The translations under genes and the position numbers were made by a program. Positions 1-11,729 of a stretch of DNA of 64,000 nucleotides are shown piece after piece. Position 1 is the stretch's first letter; every line of letters starts with the position of its first letter. The notes under the pieces are model-generated. The model saw nothing but the letters and a program-made list of their open reading frames with translations. It was not told the origin of the DNA and did not search any database. Source of the DNA: Macrostomum lignano (Eukaryota); NCBI GenBank assembly GCA_002269645.1, contig NIVC01002291.1, positions 1-64,000 on the forward strand, given 5' to 3'.

Positions 1-3000
1 GGGAGCCTCTTTTATGACTGCTCGTCATGGAGTTCCTGGTCAAACTGCTCGTCGGAATGCGATGCCGGATTCAAGACTAGGATGAAGATCTGTCGGTCTA
101 GTTTCCGGGATCTGATTGCAAGGCAAAATCTGACGTCGTTGGAAAAGTGCTTTAACCAGGTCGAGCGAGAACCGTGTTTTAACAGAAGATGCTCTAGTAT
201 GTATTTTTTGCAATGCTCTTCTTCGTCACTTGAATTTTCGTTAATCTACTGCAATTTTGTTTTTTTTTCAGAAACTGAGTGCAACCCTGCAGAATGGGGT
301 CCCTGGAGCCCGTGCTCTGGAGAGTGCAGCACTTTGCTTTCAGAGCGGAAGCGGCAGCCGGGCAGCGCTGTGTTGTCAGAATTTTGCAAGAAAGTTCAAC
401 TGCCAGAATCGCGCTTGTGCCCGAAAACGGAAAAAGTGCCGTAAGTTTAGAATCTGCTTTTTTATTAGTATTTCCTTCTTTGTATACCGAGACGCATTCC
501 ATTGTGCTTTACTATTCTTTATTTAGTCTTGCTCTTTTAAAGTAGGATTTAAATCATTTTCCTCTTTCAGTGTGCAAGGATCCCAATGCAGCGTGGAACA
601 ACTGCTCAAACCAATGTCCTTTCACATGCGGCCACCTCTCCGAGCAATCTGCGTGTGTCATGACCTCTGCCTGCGTGCCTGGGTGCGCGTGCAAGCCAGG
701 CTATTACCTGCAGGACGGCCGCTGCGTACCGCAGTCGCAGTGCCGCTGCCCAGGTCTCACACCAACTACATTGGCGATTAGTACAACTGCACTGACGACT
801 CCAGTACTGGAGCCGCTGCCGCCTTGTTTGTGTCTTACTCAAGTCCAAAGGCTCGAATTCGCGGAACCGCCGCTCCTGACAAAATCTCAATGCTGATTCC
901 GGATCTCAACCTATTGATCCCCGCACTGCCAACTATCGTAGGAGGTGGAGCTTCAAAGCCAGCCGATAGCGCTGACTTGAAATCAACGTCAGTTAGCGTT
1001 GGCGCTAAAACCAATCCGCCTGCGACTTCCAGTTCGCAAGCGCCACGCATCCGGGCACGGCAGCGCCGGATCGTGCGTCAATGCTCATCCCCATGCTTCC
1101 TGGCAAACCAGCTGCTACCCCTGTGAAGCCGGCTACGACTGCGACAGCACCGACTCCTACAACACCGGTCAGGATTCGAGGCACTGCAGCGCCAGACGGA
1201 GTAAACCTGCTGATCCCTACGCTATCACTGGGCTCAGCTGCTAATACCACAACTATGGCTCCCAGTACAACTGTTCCAACGACAACTGCGGCGGCATCTG
1301 TAGCACAGTTGCATCCGTGAATGGAATTCCCGCCGCACCTTCTAACGCTGCAACGCCAGGCGCTTTTGCTCCGGGAGTAACGAGCGGGTCGTCAGGCAGC
1401 TTCACAGTGAAGGGCTTTGTTTCTCCGGCTCAAGGACTTGGTAAAGCCAACACAATGGGTGCGTTCCGAGTAACGTCTCTGCTTAACATGAAACGGCCGC
1501 CTCCACCGCCCCCACCGAGGCCCGGAGGCAACCACGGACGGTTCCAACATTCAGCATTCCGACTGCCGCCCAAGTTCCACCTACCTGCACCATCGGGAGG
1601 CAGGCCGGCTTTCAGGCTGCCGGGCCAGTTTAAACCGCCTCCGGCGTTCCGTCCACCCGGCGGTGGCAGCTTTGGAAAGTTTAATCCTGGCAAGCCAGTT
1701 TTCCGCCTGCCTGGAGCTGGCTCTTTCAATCCGCCGGGAAAGCCAGGCACAAAGAATTCGAGTCCGTCTGTGCCTCACACTCCGGCCGCGGCTAGCCCTG
1801 CCCAACCGGTGACTCCTAAGTCATCAGCATCGACCCCGGCTCCCCCACCAGGCCTAAAGCCAGTCCCATCAGGCCAGCAGGCTTCAGTTGCGCCCACTAA
1901 ACCGACTACAAAGGCGCCAGTGCCGATGTCGAGCCAGGGAACCAGAATTCGTGGCACTGCTGCCGACGATCGCGTGGACCTACGAATTCCAACTCTGCCG
2001 AACTTGCTGCCTCTGCCAACTTCTCCAAGGACTAAGCTGTTTACAAAGCGCTCAACGCCGTCAACTAGATCCATGCCGAGCATTGGTCCCCATACAAGCG
2101 CTACCGCTAAGCGAAAACTTACTTCGGCCGCTCCAGTCACTAGCAAGCCTCTACGCCCATCTTTCCCGGGTATTCCGCCAGCGGGACCGCACGCGCCGCC
2201 CGGTGGACAAGGTTCCAGCCCGGCAACGCCTAAGAAGCCGACAACAGTTGCGACAACAACATCGATGGGTACTCGAGCTACTAACAGTTGGGTGATGATT
2301 GGTGGCAGCAACTGTACATGCACATCAGGCAAGACCACCTGCGTTGGAGGGCACGAGGACTCGCTAGCTGCCTGGTCTACGTGGACAGCGTGGTCCAACT
2401 GCAGCGCCCACTGTGGCCAGGGCAAGCAGTACAGGTTCCGCCAGTGTTCTGGCCCAGCCTGCGTTGGAAACGGTCACGCCAATGAGTCCAGAGCTTGCAC
2501 CGGAGTGGACTGCTACTGCGTCTTCAGCCGAGCCAAACTACAGTGGCTGCTAACTGATGATTACTATCACGCCGAGATGTGGGTCGAACGTGACGGAAAA
2601 CCAGGCCTGAGCAGTCCTCTGGAAACAGTGAACGACGGCGATAGACTCGAAAGCGGCTCGGTGCTGCAGGTCGGCTGCCTTCGTTGCACCTGCAAGGACG
2701 GCGGATTTGCCTGCAAACTGCAGCGCTGCGCCAGCGACTGTCAATGGAGCGCCTGGCAGCCGTGGGCCACGTGCAGTGCCACCTGCGGAGGCGGCTTGCA
2801 GACAAGACTACGGACGATTCACAAGCCAGCTGTAGCCGACGGTGCGCCTTGCCAGGCGAGCGGCTTCACGGACACGCAGGCCTGCAACCTGGATCCATGC
2901 CCTGGCTGCTCCTGGTCCAGCTGGTCACAGTGGAGCAACTGCACCGGCAGCGCTACCAGCGACATCGGAGTGCGAGAACGGCGACGCCAGCCGATCGGCA

Positions 3001-6000
3001 GCTGCAAAGAAGCCGACCGCGACCTGCAGCCGTGCCAACTGCGCCCGGCACAGTCCAAATGCAAGCCCGGCCAGCTGCACAGCGCCTGTCACAACGTTAC
3101 AGGCTGCGAGGTGGCTTGCTCTGCCGGCGCTAACGCTAGGACCCTCTGCTCACAGACTGACGCGTGCCTAAGTGGCTGCCTGTGCCCCAAGGGTCAAGTG
3201 ATGGGCCCGAATGGACAGTGCGTTGCCACTGACAAGTGCAGATGCTTGCCAAAATCAATCAACTGTTCAAACTGGTAAGTTTCGAGGTCAGTCTTGAGTA
3301 ATACACACTGAAAACTTCTTGCAGAATAGATGAGGGGCAACATCCCGCACGCCTAGACTAGTCAAGGAGCACTAGTAATATATATTCTGGAAGTCCTTGG
3401 CTGTAGTTTTTACAACGTTTTTAGACACTGCACTTCCTAGGAATGGAAATTTTCAGCTCAAAAGCGTTCTCGAACGACATCGGAGTGCGAGAACGACGAC
3501 GCCAACTGATCGGCAGCTGCAACGAAGCCGACCTTTTCGACATGTTTTGATTAGTTCTCGGTCCAGAGTTATAAAGTCGCCCTTCTAATCAAACTTTGCC
3601 CATCCAATCGAGTAGAAAGTATTTTGAATTATCGCAACTTGAACACCAAGAAATTCCACTCCGCAGCTTCAAGCCAGTCTGCCTGAACGGCCAGCCGACC
3701 TGCCTGCCGGACATGAACTGCCAGCGTCTCTACACCGAGTGGTCGGCCTGGTCGGCTTGCTCAGCCGCCTGCGGCGAGGGTCTCAGCCACCGAACTCGCC
3801 AGCTGCTGCAGGAGGGCCGCCGGCCAGCCGGCTGCGGCAAGTCGGACCTGATCGAGACGCGCCACTGCAACGCCCGGCCGTGCGGCTACGCTTGCAAAGA
3901 TCGGAATGGCGACTTGTACACCGAGGGACAGGCTATGCCGGCGCTGGACCAGTGCTCCATGTGGTGAGCTCAAGCTCTTCATGCATGTACACCCGTGCAT
4001 CTCCTACATGCGTGTCTAATAGTGAGATTCGATCTGGCCTGGACCTCAGCATGCAGTTAGATACAGACGTTCGAAATCATATTTAATCAACTACAAGCCT
4101 CACCCTTTTAATGTCGGTGGTGACTTTTAATGTCGGTTGGTGACTTTTAATGTCGGTTGGTGACTTTTAATGTCGGTGGTGACTTCTAATGTTGTCAAGC
4201 ATTCCGCAACCTTTATTGCACGCATTATATTGGAGATTACACTATTTATTTTTTAATACTGTACGCGTATGCGTAATTCCAAACTGTTTCTCGCACAGAC
4301 AGCATTATTAACATCCTCAACCAACTGCAGCTTCTGCCGCGCCAATCGCACCGAGTGTGTCAGCAAGGCGAAGGTAGGCGAGCCGGTGCCCACCCCGGTC
4401 TGGTCGGCCTGGTCAACCTGGAGCTCCTGCGTCAGCGCGGCTGCCAACAACCGACGCCAGGAGCGGCGCCGCCGGTGCGTGCGCATCTGTCCAGACGACC
4501 CCAGGAAGTGCGGAGAGTTCTTCGACAAGGAGGAATCGGTCGAATGGAAGGCTTGCCTTCCCAAAACACCGCGTAAGCACTTTGAAATGACAGTGTTGGG
4601 ACGGGTGGGGGTCGCAACTCTCCCATTTCTACCGCAGCTCAGCGCTGCTTCAAGCGTACTAACCGATATCAACTCAGCTTAACTTGCATGTTCTGGCGAC
4701 CTCTCTTCTCCCCAGTTCTGAAACGAGACTGCATTGTGTCGCCGGATTGGATCGAGGGCACCTGCTACGCCAACTGCATGGTCCGCTCCGCTGTGGCCAG
4801 AGGATTCCGCACTCTCTACCGGCGAATCCTTCAGCTGCCGGCGAACGGAGGCGCTCCGTGCCCCGAGCTGCGCCGCGAAGACGTGCCGTGCACGAAGACC
4901 TGCCCAGTCGACTGCTCGCAGACCGCCTGGTCTGCCTGGGGCGCCTGCGTCCGCGCCTCCAACTCCGGCTGCTCCGGCCTGCAAGTGCGGTCGCGCGGCG
5001 TCTTAGTGCCGCCCGCCAACGGAGGCCGCGCCTGCGAGGACGCCAAGCAGCTTCGGTCCTGTCTGGCGCCCGGCTGCCAGACCAGCGCCTGTCGGGCTCC
5101 AATGACGAAGCAGCCGCTACAGCAGAGCCGATGCATCGTCCGCTGCTCTGATCTGGCCAGCGAAGACAAGTGCGCGCCAGTCCAGGCTGCCAACGCTGCG
5201 GCCGTCAATGCAACAGTGTGTGCCTGTCCTGCTGGCCAGTACGAACAGGACGGTCGCTGCGTGGCCAAGCAGGCCTGCCGATGCCGCTGGAACGAGGAAC
5301 TGATGGGCCAGCGAAGTCCCGGCACCAGGGAGGAGTTCGCAGCCGGGGAGCGGCTTGTCATGGGCTGCAAGAACTGGTGAGCGGCGGTGAACTCTTCTGC
5401 ACTTACTAAATACCCATTGAAGCACATGTACTACTGTTCAAACAACCAATGTACTGACTGCATAGTGGCCTATCCTGCAATCAGAGAATACAGATGATTG
5501 TAAGGTGGCTTAGACCACTGCCACAAATCAAGACGACATGACAGTCGACCCCTGAACACCCCACCCGGATGCGTATGCGGGCTCACACAGGGTGTACAGT
5601 AGGGGGCGTAGCCTAGCGGTCTAACGCAGCGCTCTGATGTTTCAGCGGCCCAGGCTCGATTCCAAGTCCAGTCATAATAATTTGGGGTTAAATTGGAATC
5701 TCGGCTTGGCTCTGCTCGTGCAATTAACGGCCAGCTTGAGGGCCAACCTCCAAGGCACAGTGAAGTGTATATGCCTAACGATAAATAAAGTCAGGGCCGC
5801 TGTACACTCCTGTGTGAGTGTGTGCCTGTGCGTATGACTGCGTACGTATCCTTGCGCTTGTGTGCCTGCTCAGGGGATGCTCAGTGCATACTACTAGCAC
5901 ACAGCCACCTTCCTCTGCCTCTAATACAGGGTGTACTGCACCCCTGACATTCTTATCGTCAGGAGTGTACACTTTTTGTAGCTTTTGTGGGTTGCCCTTT

Positions 6001-8539
6001 ATTGGCCAGAATAGTGCAGAAAACTCTGGGCCAATATTCGTGCACTAAAGCCCCAAGTTGAGTGTGGCTCACTCACGGAATTTAACCCATGGGGCCGTAT
6101 GGCGCGAGGGTCGGACGCGTTTACCGCTGAGCAGCCCCCACCCATGTAAAGGTGGCTACCTGATTGCTAATTATCGTTACTCTGCCGGTATTTAACAGCA
6201 CCTGCCAGGACGGAGTGTTCAAGTGCAACCGGCTGTCGAGCTGCTCGGACGAGTGCCACTGGTCCAACTGGCGTCCCGAAGGCAAATGCACCGCCGGCTG
6301 CCGGCTCAAGCCGGGCCTGCAGAAGTTTGTGCGCTCGCCGAGAAACTCGGACTACCTGCCGACTAAGGCCTGCCAGGGACCGTCGGTGAAATACGAGCTG
6401 TGCAGCTCAACTCGAAGCTGCGGTAAGTGTGCAAAAAATATGAAACTTTTGTCTAAATGTCAATCTACAAATGAGTACTAAGTCTCTCTAAACTTTCCGA
6501 TCTCTAAGTTGTGTACCGCACAAAATGCAATAAGCATCAGCCCGGTAGCAGACCCTAAATTTCAGCTGCCGTCATCCAGATTCATAAGCCCTAATCTTTC
6601 CAATTCCTAACTGACAACGCCTTGAAAGCTCAATAAAACAGTTAAGGGTTCAGGGGGGTTCTAGTTTAGTGGTTAGAGCGTCGGACTCACGACTTGAAGG
6701 TCGGGGGTTCGATTCCCGATCCCACTAGGAACAATTTGTGTCCTTAAGCAAGGCATTTAACTCTGAATTTCTTCAGTTCACTCAGCTGTAAAATGGTTGC
6801 CAGCATTAGCTGGGGTAATTGAGGGTGCGTGGCGACCCCCAGTCCTTGGACTGAACAGCCGTACGCAGCCTTCAGATGCGCCGCGCAATAGCTGCGGCTG
6901 AGCTGTGGGTTGCACATCTGGCCCAATTGGGGCAGGTGTAATCAATTACGATTATTTATGGTTATTATTAATTGGTTTATATAACGCTTAGGCGCTGGGA
7001 AGTGTTGCCTCATAGGCGTCGCCCTTCATCCTCACTTCCCCTTCCCGTCCATCCAGACTCGCTGTGCCCCAGCGGACAGCGCTACAACGAATTTGGCGAG
7101 TGCGATGAGCAGTGCTACTCAGCGGGCAGCCTCGGACAGCCGCAGCGTCAGCGCTGCCCAGAGCAGGCCTGCGTCTGCGCGCGCGGTCTGGTGAAACGTG
7201 GCGACTCGTGCGTGCCCAAATCCGAGTGCTACAAGTGCTCCAGCGGCAATACTACTCTGCCGGTGAGTAGTTAAGTGGTACACGTGTAGGATTTTAATAA
7301 TTTTGCTTTCGGAAGTTTGACCCGCTGCTTATATATACTACTAGGAATATCAGCATGTAGCCTGTAGGCCAAGCGTCATTCAGAACAAACAATTCATTCG
7401 CATTTTTCATTTAAACAGGACGGCGGCTACTCCGTGGACTTGGCAGCCTGCCAGATTGTCACCTGCGACAAGGGCAGAACAAGCGCTGTGCCGCTCAGCG
7501 TCGACCAGATGCCGGCCTGCAGTCTGGAGGACGAACGGATCGCCCAGTCAGCGCCAGTAAGCACCTGTTTAGCTGCTTTTCTGCTCGCGTGAATGTTGCA
7601 GTCTGGCTTAGGAGGCAAGTCTTAGTCTCACTCAGGGTGGTACAGTCTCACTCAGGGAGGTACAGTCTCACTCAGGGAGGTACAGTCTCACTCAGGGAGG
7701 TACAGTCTCACTCAGGGAGGCACGGTCTCACTCAGGGAGGCACAGTCTCACTCAGGGAGGCACAGTCTCACTCAGGGAGGTACAGTCTCACTCAGGGAGG
7801 TACAGTCTCACTCAGGGAGGCACAGTCTCACTCAGGGAGGCACAGTCTCACTCAGGGAGGTACAGTCTCACTCAGGGAGGCACAGTCTCACTCAGGGAGG
7901 CACAGTCTCACTCAGGGAGGCACAGTCTCACTCAGGGGGTACAATCTCATTCAGGGAGGTACAATCTCACTCAGGGAGGTACAGTCTCACTCAATGAGGC
8001 AGGGTTCCGAGATTTTGTCGATGGTCAAAACCATCCACATATGTGACACTTTGTCACAAAATGTTAGTAATGTGCACTCCATATGCCCAAACAGAAAGTA
8101 GCATAGTATGCATAGAATCTATTTAATGCAACACGACCGTTCGCACCGCCAGAAGGCGAAGGACCCCAACCGCTGCTGCTACCGGGCTTCGGCTTCCGCC
8201 TGCTCGCGCGAGGAGGTGTCAATCTCGAAGTTGGACGACTCCTGCCTGCTGACTTCGCCAATCCGGGTGCCGCACTGCCGCGGCCAGTGTCCGCAGGCGT
8301 CGCCGCTGATCGCGCCGCGACGTTCCGACGTTGTCGCCGCCGAGGTCGCAGCCGCCGACAGCAGCCAGGTGTACCTGTTGAAGCTGCCAGGCGCTCACTG
8401 CACCGGCTGCCTGCCTGACAGGGTGCAGTACTCGCCCACTACGCTGACAGTGAAGTGCAAATCTGGCGAGAGTCGCCAGCTTCGGATGCCGATCGTGGGC
8501 GCGTGCCACTGCAAGCAGGTGCCGTGCCCATCCACCTGA
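1..8539 (+). CDS. 3' portion of a large secreted Cys-rich protein (TSP1 repeats, TIL, vWC-like, Pro/Thr-rich mucin-like region, C-terminal cystine knot); SCO-spondin/mucin/adhesive-protein-like; 5' end outside window
   Basis: Exons with GT-AG boundaries: <1-196, 272-440, 571-3274, 3667-3963, 4331-4572, 4716-5376, 6199-6422, 7057-7262, 7419-7556, 8153-8539 (stop). Phases match at every junction except 440/571. Many WSxWSxCSxxCG TSP1 motifs; TIL (CKDPNAAWNNCSNQCPFTC...CVPGCACKPGYYLQDGRCVPQSQC); last exon has CTCK spacing (CxGxC...CTGCLP...CHC). One 1-nt insertion and three 1-nt deletions between ~424 and ~1305 must be corrected to keep one frame. Confidence 0.88.
3475..3533 (+). other. 59-bp intronic copy of upstream coding sequence (2960-3018)
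   Basis: cgacatcggagtgcgagaacgacgacgccaactgatcggcagctgcaacgaagccgacc matches 2960-3018 with 4 substitutions. Confidence 0.9.
4106..4192. repeat. short tandem repeat, ~19-20-bp unit (TTTTAATGTCGGT(T)GGTGAC), ~4 copies
   Basis: Direct inspection; inside intron 3964-4330. Confidence 0.85.
5602..5670 (+). mobile_element. tRNA-like (Pol III A/B box) head, probable SINE
   Basis: GGGGGCGTAGCCTAGCGG (A-box-like) ... GGCTCGATTCC (B-box-like); no clean cloverleaf. Confidence 0.5.
6077..6139 (-). mobile_element. second tRNA-like head in opposite orientation, probable SINE remnant
   Basis: Reverse complement reads GGGGGCTGCTCAGCGGTAAACGCG...GGGTTAAATTCC (degenerate A and B boxes). Confidence 0.35.
6652..6942 (+). 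mobile_element. tRNA-derived SINE, copy 1 (~290 bp)
   Basis: A box TAGTTTAGTGG, B box GGTTCGATTCC, central GTGTCCTTAAGCAAGGCATTTAAC and CAGCTGTAAAATGG, ATT-rich tail; near-identical copy at 62761-63059. Confidence 0.88.
7621..7993. repeat. intronic minisatellite, 20-bp unit CAGTCTCACTCAGGGAGG(T/C)A, ~18 copies
   Basis: Direct inspection. Confidence 0.95.
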
Positions 8540-9185
8540 ACCACCCAGCTGACAACATCAGATTGAGGATACTAATCAGATTTATTAACTCTCTAGAGAA
8601 CCTGAATCCGGTGGTTGGTTTGACAAAAACTTATCTCATAGATTATTAATCTAAAGCAGAGATTAATGTCTCAATGCTGTTTTGTTAAAATTTTTCCCTA
8701 CTACTTCTAGTAATATTGTTTGGTATTAACTGCAATCCATCAGGCTAATGTGTAGAAAAAAGACGTTAAAATGAATTGGGAATAGCATTTGTTTAAACAA
8801 AAAGTGCTTAGCACAAGACACAGAATCACACAACATCAATAGACAAGCTGTGAAGGACTGCGTGATACCAAACTAAACTATAGCTGTGTTCCATCGAACG
8901 AAACCTAATCTAAACTCTAAACTATTCAATACTGCGGATATTTAACATTTGACAGGCAAAACTTTGGTTGAAGAGATCCCCGAAAAAAATTCATCGATTT
9001 TTGTTGTGCTACTGTCGAAAGAAAGATTTTTATTTTGATTGGGCTGAAAAATAGTAATTAAAATTAAAGGTTATTACTCTGTCATCCACAAATATACTTT
9101 AAAATATTTTATCAAGTGCGACGATTAAACAACAAGTAATATAATCTGTCTTTTAACAAAAAATTTTTCTCAAAAAACAAGGGAC

Positions 9186-9478
9186 ACTCACCTCACGCTT
9201 CGCCTAACTATGAACCTTATCTCCTCCTGACACCCACTTACGCTTCGCCTAACTATGAACCTTATCTCCTCCTGACACCCACTTACGCTTCGCCTAACTA
9301 TGAACCTTATCTCCTCCTGACACCCACTTACGCTTCGCCTAACTATGAACCTTATCTCCTCCTGACACCCACTTACGCTTCGCCTAACTATGAACCTTAC
9401 CCCCTCCTGACACCCACCTCACGCTTCGCCTAGCTCAGACCCTACTCCCTCCTGACACCCACCTCACGCTTCGCCTCT
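9186..9478. repeat. minisatellite, 45-bp unit CACCCACTTACGCTTCGCCTAACTATGAACCTTATCTCCTCCTGA, ~6 copies
   Basis: Direct inspection. Confidence 0.93.
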
Positions 9479-10074
9479 AAGACCCTAGAGTTATAAAACG
9501 TCGCGAAAATAAAAATTCCACTCGGGCTTAAAATCCTGTCCCTGGTAGGGACGGCAACTGTTGAGACAAGGAACACTAGAAGTTACCGTACAACGGAAAT
9601 CGCTTGCTTGTGTTGAGACTTGAGATTTAGGTGCTATCAGTAATCGGAACGAAACACGTCAGCAAGGCTATAAATACGAGGAATGGAACAATTATTTAAC
9701 CGAACTGAGAGCAGAGAATTGAATACAGTGTCTGCGCGTAATTAAAAGTGCCTGCAAAGGGCGACCGAGTGTGATCGGGAACGGAGAGCTATTATTAGCA
9801 TGCTGCAATTATGAGAAATGAAGTTGCTCTGACGAGCTGGATTCTATTTTTAACTTAACTACAACTCGGTTCACTTAAACAGTAAAGTAATTAATTGCCG
9901 CGTAAATATTTGTAATAGAAGAATAAAAATATTTTGTATTTGTCATTTACTCACACTAGACGCGAGTAGAGGGGCGCTACACTTCTTAAATAATGTAAAT
10001 AAAAATAATGTCTTTAGATGTAGTGTCTACAGATGTTACCATATCGTTCAGTCAAAAACATTTTTATGGTAGAA

Positions 10075-10865
10075 CGCTATCTATCGAGTGTCTATGGTAC
10101 AGCTATCTATCGAGTGTCTATGGTAAAGCTATCTATCGAGTGTCTATGGTACAGCTATCTATCGAGTGTCTATGGTAAAGCTATCTATCGAGTGTCTATG
10201 GTACAGCTATCTATCGAGTGTCTATGGTAAAGCTATCTATCGAGTGTCTATGGTAAAGCTATCTATCGAGTGTCTATGGTACAGCTATCTATCGAGTGTC
10301 TATGGTAAAGCTATCTATCGAGTGTCTATGGTACAGCTATCTATCGAGTGTCTATGGTACAGCTATCTATTGAGCGTCTATGGTACAGCTATCTATCGAG
10401 TGTCTATGGTACAGCTATCTATCGAGTGTCTATGGTACAGCTATCTATCGAGTGTCTATGGTACAGCTATCTATTGAGCGTCTATGGTACAGCTATCTAT
10501 CGAGTGTCTATGGTACAGCTATCTATCGAGTGTCTATGGTAAAGCTATCTATCGAGTGTCTATGGTAAAGCTATCTATCGAGTGTCTATGGTAAAGCTAT
10601 CTATCGAGTGTCTATGGTAAAGCTATCTATCGAGTGTCTATGGTAAAGCTATCTATCGAGTGTCTATGGTAAAGCTATCTATCGAGTGTCTATGGTAAAG
10701 CTATCTATCGAGTGTCTATGGTAAAGCTATCTATCGAGTGTCTATGGTAAAGCTATCTATCGAGTGTTTATGGTAAAGCTATCTATCGAGTGTCTATGGT
10801 AAAGCTATCTATCGAGTGTCTATGGTACAGCTATCTATCGAGTGTCCATGGTAAAGCTATCTATG
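10075..10865. repeat. minisatellite, 26-bp unit AGCTATCTATCGAGTGTCTATGGTA(C/A), ~30 copies
   Basis: Direct inspection; explains ORFs 10033-11041. Confidence 0.95.
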
Positions 10866-10929
10866 GAGTGTCATTGTTGATGGACTATCAACAGGAGTTG
10901 CATTCGCTTAATCACCGCTCAATGAAAAT

Positions 10930-11729
10930 TTATTCAGCAGAGCCGCCAGGAGCTCGTGCCTTGCTAGACTCAGCCAGGTGCTGGCCCCTGTCAATCTTGA
11001 TCATCGGGCTCACGTATTCCGTCAGATCGGCAGCCACGTGAATCTCGTCGTCCTTCTTATCGGTCGAAGCGGTCGGATTTTTTTCGATCTTTTCTGTTTT
11101 AGCTGAAGAAGATGCGGCCGCAGCAGCCGCAGCCGCTGCTGTCACATCCTCGGAGGCCGCGCCGCTGAGAGCCATGTCCAAGGGGTTCGAGTACAGAGTG
11201 ACATCGGCCGCGATCATGAAGTCTGGGGAGTAGAACAGTTGCTTTTGTATTGGAGTGCTTAGAAAGGAGTGCTCAGTCTGTATGGTAAGGAGTTATGATA
11301 CAAGCCATGAAATATTAGTACAACAGTTGGGATGGAATGCTCGGAATAGAGTACTTAGAGAGGAGAGTGCCCAGGAAGGATGGAATGCTCAGAATAGAGT
11401 GCTTAGAGAGGAGAGTGCTCAGGCAGGATGAGATGCTTGGAATAGAGTGCTTAGAGAGGAGAGTGCTCAGGCAGGATGAGATGCTTGGAATAGAGTGCTT
11501 AGAGAGGAGAGTGCTCAGGCAGGATGAGATGCTTGGAATAGAGTGCTTAGAGAGGAGAGTGCTCAGGCAGGATGAGATGCTTGGAATAGAGCTCTTAAAC
11601 ATCCTTTCGTGGTCAGCAATCTTAATAAGATATAAAAAATGTAGTCAACCTTGACAACAAAAAAAGAGTTTACTTAGGCAAGTCCCGCAAAGCAAACACA
11701 AAACTACAAGGAAAGCACTCACCGTCCAT
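10930..11729 (-). CDS. putative small orphan protein (~99 aa, MDDFMIAADVTLYSNPLD...), two coding exons
   Basis: ATGGACG|GTGAGT (11729-11723) joins in phase 1 to CCCCAG|AC TTC ATG (11222), open to TAA at 10930. GC-rich with a poly-Ala run like neighbouring genes. A 25-nt exon 11723-11747 has acceptor TTTTTATAG. No family recognised. Confidence 0.5.
11330..11592. repeat. intronic minisatellite, 48-bp unit GAGTGCTTAGAGAGGAGAGTGCTCAGGCAGGATGAGATGCTTGGAATA, ~5 copies
   Basis: Direct inspection. Confidence 0.9.

Noticed and set aside
770-1320. Programmed -1 ribosomal frameshifting in the mucin-like exon
   Set aside because: No slippery heptamer seen at the shift sites, and one shift is a plain missing base inside a repeated motif; indel error or mutation is simpler.
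6652-6725. tRNA gene call for the SINE heads (also 62761 and 5602)
   Set aside because: A/B boxes are present but there is no proper acceptor stem or anticodon arm, and the sequence continues into a shared SINE body.
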